Shown here piece by piece: positions 40,402 through 50,172 of a DNA stretch of 64,000 bases. Both the position numbers and the translations under genes were made by a program. The stretch's first letter is position 1; each line of letters opens with the position of its first letter. The stretch covers positions 192,001-256,000 of the forward strand of contig CAVYGN010000002.1 in NCBI GenBank assembly GCA_963768055.1. Direction: 5' to 3'. A model generated the notes under the pieces. That model worked only from the letters and a program-made list of their open reading frames with translations, had not been told where the DNA came from and did not search any database. Source of the stretch: an uncultured Spirochaetota bacterium (lineage in GTDB: Bacteria; Spirochaetota; Brevinematia; Brevinematales; JAOACQ01).

Positions 40402-42470
40402 TGTATATCAATGAGTTGAAAAACAATCCGATAGATAATCTGGATTTTTTGACAAAAAGGCAGATTTCACTGTTAAAAAAGATGGATATCAATACCGCTT
40501 TTGATATCGTCAGCAATTTCCCATTCAGGTATGACGACAGGTCTTCTATTGAAACGATCCAGGCAAGCCTTTTAAAAGGAGTTCCATCCGCCATTCTGGC
40601 CACCGTAGTCGGGCATGAGTACATCTTTTTCAACAGGAGAAGGCATCCGAAGATTATAATCCAGGATCAGACAATGCGTGCAAGCCTTGTAGGCTTCAAC
40701 CGGGATTATCTGAAACAATCCATGAAAATCGGCGAAAAATACTGGATAAACGCTCAATTCACATATAAATACAATGAGGTTCAAAGCTCAACCTTCGACT
40801 TCGAAGTTTACAGGGAAAACACCCCGCCGAAAAATTTCGGTTTTATCCTGCCTGTTTATAATTTAACGGAGGACCTTTACCTCAAGGAACTCCGTTCCAT
40901 AGTAAAAAAAACATTATTAAAATATCTAGATTCTCTCACTGATGAAATCCCCGATTACATATTGAAGGCGCATAACCTTTCGGTGAAGAAAGACTCGCTC
41001 CTGAACATACATTTTCCTTCTAACGCTAAGGAACTTAAAAAGGCTAAACTGCGGCTTGCATACGAGGAATTTTTATCCATAGAACTCGCTGTAATAATGA
41101 AAAGAAAAAACATCGTGAGCGTCTCAAAACCCTATTCTTATTCAAAAAAGTCGAAAATCGGCCTGTTTTTAAAAAAACTGCCTTATAAGCTTACAAATTC
41201 CCAGGATAAAGCCTTGAGGGAGATTATAAAAGATATGGACAATCCGGCTCCGATGCACAGGCTTCTCCAGGGTGACGTCGGCTGCGGCAAGACCACTATC
41301 GCTATTGCAGGGTTGATCTATGCCGCTGAAAACGGAATGCAGGGAGCGCTGATGGTCCCAACTGAAGTGCTTGCGATTCAACATTACAATACAATAAAAC
41401 CCTATCTTGACGGGCTCGGCATTAAAACAGTCCTCCTGACAGGCAGTATTGAGGGTGAGGATAAAAGGTCAATTTACGCCGGTATAAATAACGGAAGCGC
41501 ATCCGTAGTAATCGGGACACAGGCATTAATACAGGACGGTCTGGAATTCAAAAACCTTTCCATGATCGTATTCGATGAACAGCACAGGTTCGGCGTTTTA
41601 CAAAGGATCAGCCTGTCAAAAAAGGGAAATAAACCCGATATCCTTGTAATGACGGCTACCCCGATCCCAAGGACTCTTACTTTGACATTATACGGCGACC
41701 TTGATCTCACTATTATCGATGAGATGCCGGCCGGCCGGATAAGGGTAAAAACAAGATGGATCACAAAAAAAGATTATCCTGAATTGCTGAATCTTGTCGA
41801 GAATGAACTCGTCAAGGGCCGCCAGGCATATTTCATCTACCCCCTGATCGAAGAATCGATAAAAATCGATACTGAAAACGCACAGAAGATGCATAGGGTT
41901 TTATCCAGGCATTTTTCGGATTACTCGGTAGGGCTCCTCCATGGCCGAATGGGAGCTATGGAAAAATACGAGGTAATGGAAAATTTCAGGGCGGGCAGGC
42001 TTCAGATACTTGTGTCGACGACAGTAATTGAAGTCGGGATCGATGTTAAAAACGCCACGGTAATGGCTATAGAAGGCCCTGAAAGATTCGGGCTTTCACA
42101 GCTTCATCAGTTAAGAGGCCGGGTAGGCAGGGATAAGTACGAGTCATACTGCGTGCTTGTCACTTCCGGCAGCGAATCGGAGGACACGAAAGCGAGGATG
42201 AACGCAATGGTGAACCATTCCGACGGTTTCAGGATTGCCGAGGAGGATTTGAAGTTAAGGGGGCCTGGTGAAATTTTAGGCGTCCGCCAATCCGGCATAC
42301 CTGAATTAAGAATAGCCGATTATATAAGAAACGAGAAGCTCCTTGTAGTCGCCAGGGAGGACGCCCTGAATATATTGAAATCCGACCCTAATCTAAGCTC
42401 CGAAGCCAACCGCCAGCTAAGGGAGGGGATAATAAACTTCCTGCCCTCGGACTATCTTTATTCGGGGTGA
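40401..42470 (+). CDS. recG: ATP-dependent DNA helicase RecG
   Basis: RLLQGDVGCGKT, DEQHRFGV, MTATPIPRTL, LHQLRGRVGR. Confidence 0.97.
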   Translation: MYINELKNNPIDNLDFLTKRQISLLKKMDINTAFDIVSNFPFRYDDRSSIETIQASLLKGVPSAILATVVGHEYIFFNRRRHPKIIIQDQTMRASLVGFNRDYLKQSMKIGEKYWINAQFTYKYNEVQSSTFDFEVYRENTPPKNFGFILPVYNLTEDLYLKELRSIVKKTLLKYLDSLTDEIPDYILKAHNLSVKKDSLLNIHFPSNAKELKKAKLRLAYEEFLSIELAVIMKRKNIVSVSKPYSYSKKSKIGLFLKKLPYKLTNSQDKALREIIKDMDNPAPMHRLLQGDVGCGKTTIAIAGLIYAAENGMQGALMVPTEVLAIQHYNTIKPYLDGLGIKTVLLTGSIEGEDKRSIYAGINNGSASVVIGTQALIQDGLEFKNLSMIVFDEQHRFGVLQRISLSKKGNKPDILVMTATPIPRTLTLTLYGDLDLTIIDEMPAGRIRVKTRWITKKDYPELLNLVENELVKGRQAYFIYPLIEESIKIDTENAQKMHRVLSRHFSDYSVGLLHGRMGAMEKYEVMENFRAGRLQILVSTTVIEVGIDVKNATVMAIEGPERFGLSQLHQLRGRVGRDKYESYCVLVTSGSESEDTKARMNAMVNHSDGFRIAEEDLKLRGPGEILGVRQSGIPELRIADYIRNEKLLVVAREDALNILKSDPNLSSEANRQLREGIINFLPSDYLYSG

Positions 42471-42520
42471 AGCCGTTCCCCACAATTTCCGTTTGAAAAA
42501 AATAAATAAATATATTTCCA

Positions 42521-42548
42521 TAAAGTTTAATCCGGAGGCCGCCGATAC
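42521..42548 (+). promoter_or_regulatory. sigma28 (FliA) promoter
   Basis: TAAA-N16-GCCGATAC upstream of a flagellin gene. Confidence 0.85.
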
Positions 42549-42700
42549 ATTCATAAGAGAGATTCTCATTTTAAAAGGGAGGTCATTTTCGAATATCAGG
42601 CCTAATAGGATTATCGGAATATAAGGAATAGCCTTTAGGCTTTTTTAAGGAAAATATTCCCGCAAGGACGCGGGGATAAAATATATCAAGGAGGATACCT

Positions 42701-43561
42701 ATGATCATTAATCACAACATCAGTTCGATCTTCGCTAATCGACAGTTGTGGATTAACAGCCGTGAATCTGACAAGAACATCGAAAAGCTCTCGTCAGGTT
42801 TAAGGATCAACAGGGCGGGTGATGACGCTTCCGGTCTCGCGGTTTCCGAAAAAATGCGGTCGCAAATACAGGGTTTGCGCAGAGCCGAGAGAAACGCAGA
42901 AGATGCCACATCGTTCATCCAGACCACCGAGGGTTACCTCGAAGAAACCCACACAATTCTGCAGAGGATCAGGGAACTTGCCGTCCAGGCGGCCAATGGA
43001 ATCTATTCCACGGAAGACAGGATGCAGATTCAGGTTGAAGTCTCGCAGTTAGTTTCAGAAGTGGACAGAATAGCTTCGCATGCCCAGTACAACGGCCTCA
43101 ATATGCTCACAGGAAGATTCGCTTATAATTCCGGCGGAAACAACCCTACCGCGAGCATATGGTTTCATATCGGACCCAATATGGACCAGAGGATAAGAAG
43201 CTATATCAACACAATGACAGCAACAGCTCTTGGATTAAAAGAACCGACATCCCAGGAAAATATCAGCATCAGCACGCCTGAAAAATCCAATATGGCTATC
43301 GGTGCGATCGATAACGCGCTGGAAAAAGTTTCCAAGCAGAGGGCGGATCTTGGCGCTTATCAGAACAGGCTTGAAAAATTATCCTCAGGACTCATGGTGG
43401 GTTACGAGAACCTTCAGTCCGCAGAATCCAGGATCAGGGACACCGATATGGCGGAACAGATGAGCGAATTCGTAAAGACCCAGATCCTGACACAGGCTGC
43501 CACTGCAATGGTAGCCCAGGCTAACCAAAAACCCCAACTAATGCTGACTCTTTTGAGGTAG
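42701..43561 (+). CDS. flaB: Flagellin, spirochaete FlaB type
   Basis: [47 protein letters not shown]. Confidence 0.96.
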   Translation: MIINHNISSIFANRQLWINSRESDKNIEKLSSGLRINRAGDDASGLAVSEKMRSQIQGLRRAERNAEDATSFIQTTEGYLEETHTILQRIRELAVQAANGIYSTEDRMQIQVEVSQLVSEVDRIASHAQYNGLNMLTGRFAYNSGGNNPTASIWFHIGPNMDQRIRSYINTMTATALGLKEPTSQENISISTPEKSNMAIGAIDNALEKVSKQRADLGAYQNRLEKLSSGLMVGYENLQSAESRIRDTDMAEQMSEFVKTQILTQAATAMVAQANQKPQLMLTLLR

Positions 43562-43607
43562 GACTGTGAAGGCGCGAAAAGTTGGGATAGGCAGCTGAAA
43601 AATAATA

Positions 43608-43643
43608 GATTATCCCGGCCGATGCCGGGATAATCCTTTTTTT
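43608..43643 (+). terminator. Intrinsic terminator between the flagellin genes
   Basis: GATTATCCCGGC-CGAT-GCCGGGATAATC followed by a T tract. Confidence 0.8.
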
Positions 43644-43771
43644 ATTCATTCGGTTATAGGCATTGGTGGTAATTACTTCATACCCTCCTAGCGCTGCGCT
43701 GCGGCTTCGCGGTGCAGACAGCAGGGACCCCTCAGTCACAAGGATGTTTAAGAAACTCAAGGAGGGATAAT

Positions 43772-44650
43772 ATGATAGTAAACCACAATATAAGCTCAAT
43801 TTTTGCCAACAGGCTTCTGGTGCTCAATGATGCAAACCTGAACAATAATATCGAGAAACTCTCGTCAGGCCTCAGGATAAACAAAGCGGGAGACGATGCT
43901 TCCGGACTGGCCGTATCCGAAAAGATGAGAAGCCAGATTTCGGGCCTCCATCAGGCGATGAGGAACACCGAGGATGCCACTTCATTCCTGCAGACAACGG
44001 AAGGATATCTCGATGAAACTACGACAATTCTTCAGAGAATGAGAGAACTAGCGGTACAGGCTGGAAACGGCATTTACAGCGATCTGGACAGGTCCCTCAT
44101 CAATGTGGAAATGTCCCAGCTGATCAGCGAAGTCGATAGAATAGCTCATCATGCACAGTATAACGGCATGAATATTCTGACCGGCAGATTCGAGGAACCA
44201 ACCGGAACAACGACCGGTTCAGCCGGCAACAACCAGACGGCAGGCCTTTGGTTCCATATCGGACCTGACATGGATCAGAGAGTGCAGGTGTTTGTCGGCA
44301 ATATGGGCGCTCAGACATTAGGCTTAATTGCAGCTGACGGAACTAAGGTCGTCAGCGCGAGCAACATGGATACGGCGAACCGTTCGATCGGAGTCGTAGA
44401 TAAGGCCCTCGAGCTTGTACTCAAACAAAGGGCCGACCTCGGTTCTTATGAGAACAGGTTCGAAAAACTTTATAAAGGACTTTATGTAGCATTCGAGAAT
44501 ACCAATGCTTCAGAGTCCAGAATAAGGGATACGGATATGGCTCAGGAAATGAGCGATTTCGTTAAGAACCAGATACTTACACAGGCTAACGTTTCCATGC
44601 TGTCCCAGGCAAATTTAAAGCCTCAGCTAGTGCTGAGGCTTCTTGGTTAG
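43772..44650 (+). CDS. flaB: Flagellin, spirochaete FlaB type (second paralog)
   Basis: GGAGG then ATG at 43772 (MIVNHNIS); same conserved termini. Confidence 0.96.
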   Translation: MIVNHNISSIFANRLLVLNDANLNNNIEKLSSGLRINKAGDDASGLAVSEKMRSQISGLHQAMRNTEDATSFLQTTEGYLDETTTILQRMRELAVQAGNGIYSDLDRSLINVEMSQLISEVDRIAHHAQYNGMNILTGRFEEPTGTTTGSAGNNQTAGLWFHIGPDMDQRVQVFVGNMGAQTLGLIAADGTKVVSASNMDTANRSIGVVDKALELVLKQRADLGSYENRFEKLYKGLYVAFENTNASESRIRDTDMAQEMSDFVKNQILTQANVSMLSQANLKPQLVLRLLG

Positions 44651-44781
44651 GGATAGGCAAATATCCTCTAACTATTAGCATAAACAAAAAGTAAAAAGAC
44701 TGTTCGGGGTCCCTGCTAAATTTAAAAACTCTATCACAATTAATATCGGTTCAGATAAAATTATGTTTAGTAAAAATTTAA

Positions 44782-46035
44782 TTATTTTTTATCATAATAA
44801 GCCGTCAATTCGTTAAGTCTCTCCAGGAGCGGGGGATGGGAATAATAAAAGAACACGTATAAGGGATGCGGATACAGGTTCGATAAATTGTCCCTTGACA
44901 ATTTGACAAGAGAATCCTGGAGGTGTGAAGACCCCCCTGTTATATCTACGGAGAACCGGTCGGCTTCCATTTCCCTCCTTCTTGAAATATAAGAGACTAT
45001 CGGTGAGAGAAAAAACGCCAGAATAGAACCTATAAAACCCGCAAGTATCGTCTTTACAAAAAACCCGCCGGCTGTTATATGAAAAAGGGCGGGCAAAATT
45101 TCCGTCCGGAAAAGCAAAAAACAGCCGAAAAAAAGAACCAATGAAACGGCTTCATAAAGCGCTATGGATTTTAAAATATGCTTCTTTTTCCAGTGGCCGG
45201 CTTCGTGCGCAAGTACGGCAAGTATTTCATCATCCGATAGCCTGGAGAGGAGCGTATCGAATATGACGATCCGCTTGACCTTTCCTATCCCTGTAAAATA
45301 AGCGTTGGAATGCGTACTTCTTTTAGACGCATCGATCTTCGTCACCTGGGAGGCTTCAATCCCGACTTTAGCAAAAAGGGCCCTGATCTTTTCTACAAGC
45401 TCAAGGTTATCAAGCGGCGTAAATTTATTAAAAAGAGGTTCGATTATAAAAGGGGATATATACATCAGCATTATGCTTAAAGTAAAGAAAAACAGCCACA
45501 TTATTCCCCACCAGAACATAGGGCTTATCTGAACGACCCAGAGCAGCGCGATGATCGCGCCGCAAAGAAGCAGGGCGTCAATTATAAATGATTTTACATA
45601 ATCGGCCGCCCAGAGCCTTAAATTCATCCTGTTGAACCCGTATTTGTTCTCAATAAAAAAAGTCTCATAAAGCGAGAAGGGTATATCAAGAAATTGAGAA
45701 ACTACCGATAAGGCCATAAAATAAATAAGGCCTTTTAATATGAAATTAATATTCAGGCTTATAAGGGCCGAATTGTATATGTTTAATAATGGAGTAAAGA
45801 TGAATATAAAGACAAGGATATCGGAAAATAGACTTCTGAATATGCCGAAACGGGACTTTAAAACCAGGTAAGACAGGCTTTTTTCCGCCGTCGATCTGTC
45901 TATTAAACCTGATAACTGAGCCGGCACCGAAGAGCCCATTTTTCTCAGGTATGACACATTGATAAGTTCAAGAAAGATGCTGAAGGCCCTTTTTATAATG
46001 AATAAAATAATAATTCCGGCGGTGAAAAAATCCAT
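44782..46035 (-). CDS. M48 family (Ste24-like) membrane zinc metalloprotease
   Basis: Multiple TM helices; NAYFTG, HEAGH, EMEAD, YSHPPL. Confidence 0.93.
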   Translation of the reverse strand: MDFFTAGIIILFIIKRAFSIFLELINVSYLRKMGSSVPAQLSGLIDRSTAEKSLSYLVLKSRFGIFRSLFSDILVFIFIFTPLLNIYNSALISLNINFILKGLIYFMALSVVSQFLDIPFSLYETFFIENKYGFNRMNLRLWAADYVKSFIIDALLLCGAIIALLWVVQISPMFWWGIMWLFFFTLSIMLMYISPFIIEPLFNKFTPLDNLELVEKIRALFAKVGIEASQVTKIDASKRSTHSNAYFTGIGKVKRIVIFDTLLSRLSDDEILAVLAHEAGHWKKKHILKSIALYEAVSLVLFFGCFLLFRTEILPALFHITAGGFFVKTILAGFIGSILAFFLSPIVSYISRRREMEADRFSVDITGGSSHLQDSLVKLSRDNLSNLYPHPLYVFFYYSHPPLLERLNELTAYYDKK

Positions 46036-46067
46036 TGAACGGCTCCTTTCCTAATATAGCAGGCCTA

Positions 46068-46096
46068 TTGACATACGGTCTCGGTTATTATATATT
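46068..46096 (+). promoter_or_regulatory. sigma70-type promoter for phoH
   Basis: TTGACA-17nt-TATATT. Confidence 0.55.
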
Positions 46097-46152
46097 ATTA
46101 TATAATATTATATATTTAAAGAGAGGTTATTTTAACTTTTGGTTACAAAAAA

Positions 46153-47124
46153 ATGAAAATAAAGCTTCATATCCCTTCAAGCATCGATCCTGTCCTGGCT
46201 TTCGGAGTCCACGATTCAAACCTGAGGCTGCTTGAAAGGGTCATGGATGTAAAGATCATCCCTCTCGAGGAAGAAATCTCCATTGAAGGGGATGAGGATA
46301 AGGCCACGAAAACTTCGAATGTATTAAATAATATATTCGTCTTAGCGAGGGGAGCCATCCCTATTTCACATAACGATATCAAGCTGATGATCGAGGATGG
46401 GGTAAAAAGCGATAACTACGGAGTTGAAAAATTCTCCGACGGCCTGACCGTATCAAAAAAGGGAATAAGAATAAAGCCCAGAACGCGCCACCAAAAGGAA
46501 TACATGCGAAATATCCTTGACAATGATCTTACTTTTGCAATAGGCCCGGCAGGTACAGGTAAAACTTATCTTGCAGTTGGTATGGCCCTTCATCTTCTGC
46601 ATATCGGAAGGGTTAAGAAGATCATCCTCACACGCCCCGTCGTTGAAGCGGGTGAAAACCTCGGATTTCTGCCCGGGACAATCGAAGAAAAGATAGATCC
46701 TTATTTAAGGCCGCTTTTTGACGCCCTTAAAGACATGCTTGGTCCCGATGAATTAAAATATTTGATGGAAAACCAGGTGATAGAGCTTGCGCCCCTTGCT
46801 TATATGCGCGGCCGGACGCTTTCAAACTCTTTTATAATCCTTGACGAAGCTCAGAACACCACGACTATGCAGATGAAGATGTGCCTTACAAGGCTGGGTG
46901 AAAATTCCAAAATGGCTGTGACAGGCGACGTCACTCAAATCGACCTTCCGTACGGCAGGGAATCCGGGCTGAAACAGACCCAGGAATTGTTTCAAAACCT
47001 CGATGGGATCAAGTTCATTTATTTCAACCAAACGGATGTATTAAGGCATGGCCTGGTCAAAAAGATACTCGAAATATACGAAAAGAGAGAAAATGAATCA
47101 TGGAAAGAACTGTCGGTCAGGTGA
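46153..47124 (+). CDS. phoH: PhoH-family ATPase
   Basis: GPAGTGKT, RPVVEAGENLGFLPG, YMRGRT, LDEAQN. Confidence 0.95.
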   Translation: MKIKLHIPSSIDPVLAFGVHDSNLRLLERVMDVKIIPLEEEISIEGDEDKATKTSNVLNNIFVLARGAIPISHNDIKLMIEDGVKSDNYGVEKFSDGLTVSKKGIRIKPRTRHQKEYMRNILDNDLTFAIGPAGTGKTYLAVGMALHLLHIGRVKKIILTRPVVEAGENLGFLPGTIEEKIDPYLRPLFDALKDMLGPDELKYLMENQVIELAPLAYMRGRTLSNSFIILDEAQNTTTMQMKMCLTRLGENSKMAVTGDVTQIDLPYGRESGLKQTQELFQNLDGIKFIYFNQTDVLRHGLVKKILEIYEKRENESWKELSVR

Positions 47125-49265
47125 TGTTCAAAAAATTTTTAAAAATAATCGCAAATAACTACAAAACGGTCTTATTGTTCGCGGGTGTTTACCTTTTGAA
47201 CTCGGTTTTTATTTTTTTATCGCATATCGCTCCCGATAGTTCCCTTTACAGCGTCGGACAAAGTTCTAAAGAAACTCTCCGTTCGGAATATACCTTTGTT
47301 TATGATGATAAATTTGAATCGGAGAACATGGAAAAGACTATTGAATCGAACCAGCCCTTGTATTACTCTTTCCTGGAAAATCATAAGGTTTCATTCAATT
47401 CCAAACTTTCCGAGTTTATTCTTGTCATGAACAAGAGCGCGGATAAAGATTTTACCAAATACATCAAATCCGGCAGGTACAATTTCTCGGCCCAGTCCCT
47501 CGGCTGGCTTGCTTCAAACCGGGGCCTTTTAAGCCTCTATACGAACAGGCTGATTTATATCTATGAGGCCCTGACCACTAAATATTACCTTGTCAATAAA
47601 AACGAGGGAGAAGGATCGACAGCCGGCATAGAGTTGATCACAAAACTTGGCAATAAAAAGATCCCCTATGATAAACTCCTTCTTTGCCCCATTGAAAAAG
47701 ATTTTCTTACGGGTTTCATTGGGGGAATCTATACCGGAATGAGTATGGATTTCAAATCCATTATGGCTGAAATCCTTATTAACCTCGTCGAACCGAACTC
47801 TCTTTTAAACCCAGAAGCCAGGGAACAGGTTATTAAAAAGGAACTATTCACAGCAAGGAAACAGAAGATCATAAATAAGGGTGATTTTCTTATCAAAAAG
47901 GGCGATATCATCACTCAGGATCAATTAGCCAGGATTATAGCCTACTCGGATTATAAAAAGAACGATCTTAATATGAAATTTTGGGCGCATAATTTAATTT
48001 ACTTTCTTCTTATAACCTTCCTTTCTTACAGGCTGATAAGGTATGAAAAGGAAACCTATAAAAAGAAATACAACATTTATATCACCCTGATCGGTTTTAT
48101 GGCGGTAAATTTTATTTATTATTCGGCTTATTTATACACCGATATACCCGATGTTCCAAATTTTCTGCTGATGCCTTTCGCAATAATATCCATATCTCTC
48201 CCTCTCCTGCTCAGGAACGACCGGGTTGCTATCATTCTTTTAATCTCTTATTCTTTGTTCTTATTCTTTTACCCTGTATTCGATATTATTACATTTTTCA
48301 ACCTTATTATCATTTCCCTGTCGACAATCTATACTTCTCAACTGTTAAAGAACAGGAACGATTTCTTTATAGCCGGTATTTTCATAGGACTTATTGAGCT
48401 CTTGTTTTCTTATATTTATACCCTTTATTACAGGAATTTTACAGACCTCCGGGAATGGGGGATGATCGTACTCTTCTCTTTCGGGAACGGGTTCGTATCA
48501 TCGATCCTCTCCCTGGGCTTGATGCCCCTGCTTGAAAACATTTTCAATATCCCTACCCGTTTCAGGCTCCTTGAGCTTACAAATCCAACTCTTTCTCCTC
48601 TTCTCAACAAGTTGAGGACTGAAGCCCCCGGGACTTACAACCATTCCCTGCTTTTAGGGGATATGTGCGAGGGCGCTGCCGAAAAGATCAATATAGACTC
48701 GCTCCTGGCAAAAGGCTGCGCTTATTACCATGATATCGGGAAAGCCGAGATTTCCGAGTATTTTATCGAGAACCAGGACGGTAAAAACAAGCATGATGAG
48801 TTAAAGACCAGTATTTCAGTATCAGTGATAAAATCCCATACAAAACTCGGCGTGGAACTCGCCCGCAAGTACCGCCTCCCCGAAGAGATCATCAGCGGCA
48901 TCAGGGAGCACCATGGCACTACGGCGATTTCCTATTTTTATCACCAGGCCCTCGGCCTTTTGGGCGACGAGAACGTGAATATCAGCGATTATGAATATCC
49001 GGGTCCCAAGCCTCAATCAAAAGAAACGGCTATACTTATGCTGGCGGACGGAATTGAAACGACGGTCAGGGCTTACGCTCAGAATAACGAGCATTTCACG
49101 ACAAAGATCATCGAAGATATTATTGAAGACGTAATACAAAAAAGAGTAGCCCAGGGGCAGCTGGATGAATGCAGCATAACCCTTCGCGAATTAAAAATCG
49201 TGGCTAATGAATTCTTCAGGCTCCTCGCCGGATACCATCATAAAAGAATTGAATACAAGAAGTGA
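47124..49265 (+). CDS. 7TM-HD phosphohydrolase (PgpH-like, probable cyclic-di-AMP phosphodiesterase)
   Basis: Extracellular domain plus TM bundle plus EAPGTYNHS, YYHDIGK, HHGT, LMLAD; translationally coupled to phoH. Confidence 0.88.
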   Translation: MFKKFLKIIANNYKTVLLFAGVYLLNSVFIFLSHIAPDSSLYSVGQSSKETLRSEYTFVYDDKFESENMEKTIESNQPLYYSFLENHKVSFNSKLSEFILVMNKSADKDFTKYIKSGRYNFSAQSLGWLASNRGLLSLYTNRLIYIYEALTTKYYLVNKNEGEGSTAGIELITKLGNKKIPYDKLLLCPIEKDFLTGFIGGIYTGMSMDFKSIMAEILINLVEPNSLLNPEAREQVIKKELFTARKQKIINKGDFLIKKGDIITQDQLARIIAYSDYKKNDLNMKFWAHNLIYFLLITFLSYRLIRYEKETYKKKYNIYITLIGFMAVNFIYYSAYLYTDIPDVPNFLLMPFAIISISLPLLLRNDRVAIILLISYSLFLFFYPVFDIITFFNLIIISLSTIYTSQLLKNRNDFFIAGIFIGLIELLFSYIYTLYYRNFTDLREWGMIVLFSFGNGFVSSILSLGLMPLLENIFNIPTRFRLLELTNPTLSPLLNKLRTEAPGTYNHSLLLGDMCEGAAEKINIDSLLAKGCAYYHDIGKAEISEYFIENQDGKNKHDELKTSISVSVIKSHTKLGVELARKYRLPEEIISGIREHHGTTAISYFYHQALGLLGDENVNISDYEYPGPKPQSKETAILMLADGIETTVRAYAQNNEHFTTKIIEDIIEDVIQKRVAQGQLDECSITLRELKIVANEFFRLLAGYHHKRIEYKK

Positions 49266-49281
49266 TCTATCTACAAACCAT

Positions 49282-49323
49282 AAAAAAACGGTCCCGTTCC
49301 TCATAGGAACGGGACCGCGTTTA
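49282..49323. terminator. Bidirectional intrinsic terminator
   Basis: A-tract followed by CGGTCCCGTTCCT-CAT-AGGAACGGGACCG between convergent genes. Confidence 0.8.
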
Positions 49324-49336
49324 GTTCGATGCTGTG

Positions 49337-49618
49337 CTATTTTTTTGCGCTATAGCAAGCCCAACAATAAACAGGCCTTTCACCGCTCGGCTTAAAAGGA
49401 ACCTGTGTGGGCTCCCCGCAAGATGAACAAGTGGTCTCGTACATCTGACGGTCTCTCCGACCGGATGCTCTGATGGCCTCTTTCTTCGCTTTTCTGCAGT
49501 CCGGGCATCTGGCAGGCTCGTTCTTGAAGCCTTTCTGTGCGTAAAAATCCTGCTCCGCTGCGGAGAAAGTGAAAGAATTGCCGCAATCGCGGCACGTTAG
49601 GGTTTTGTCCTGAAACAT
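49337..49618 (-). CDS. Zinc-ribbon / CxxC-x17-CxxC protein
   Basis: DKTLTCRDCG..F.FSAAEQDFY...PARCPDCR and CSSCG...VPFKP...PVYCWAC. Confidence 0.9.
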   Translation of the reverse strand: MFQDKTLTCRDCGNSFTFSAAEQDFYAQKGFKNEPARCPDCRKAKKEAIRASGRRDRQMYETTCSSCGEPTQVPFKPSGERPVYCWACYSAKK

Positions 49619-49765
49619 GAGGTTAACCTCCCTCTGAATTTGCCCATAGCAGGGACTGCCTTACTCCGTTCTAAGTCCATTGGCAAATCAAAGGGTTGAA
49701 TCGGGTAGACTTTCCTTTAGATATGGGTCTCAATATACTATACGGCATATTTTGAAAAAAGTCAA
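49619..49765 (-). promoter_or_regulatory. Promoter plus ~110-nt structured 5' UTR of the zinc-ribbon gene
   Basis: TTGACT-17nt-TATAGT; a UTR hairpin pairs into the SD region. Confidence 0.6.
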
Positions 49766-49815
49766 ATGTTTCTTGAAATATTTTAATGGCACTTCTAATA
49801 ACCGCCCTTAATACA

Positions 49816-50172
49816 TTATTCTTCCTGCATGAAGTTTTCAAGCTTCAGGAGGATCGAATTCAGTATATCGTCTTTTATATACCTGCATGTTTCCTCATAA
49901 TATTCTTCCTTGCGCATGGACTTTTCAATGATATTTATAGTATTCAGTTCTATTTCGCTGAACTTCAAGCCCAGTTCCTCCATTCCTGCGGCTACTTTAT
50001 CTTGTAGCTGTTTTCCCTTTTTCAGAAGATAAATGTCCCTGAGGAGCTGGATTACGTTCTCACAGACAAAATCCGGCTTTTCCTTTTTCAGTAACATTCG
50101 GGTAAAGTCAATCGTATAATTGATTGAATGTAAAAGGCTTTTAGCGGCGCTTTCAGGTATTTTTCCTTTCAT
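49816..50172 (-). CDS. Hypothetical protein
   Basis: 118 aa ORF overlapping the murE stop (ATGA). Confidence 0.65.
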   Translation of the reverse strand: MKGKIPESAAKSLLHSINYTIDFTRMLLKKEKPDFVCENVIQLLRDIYLLKKGKQLQDKVAAGMEELGLKFSEIELNTINIIEKSMRKEEYYEETCRYIKDDILNSILLKLENFMQEE

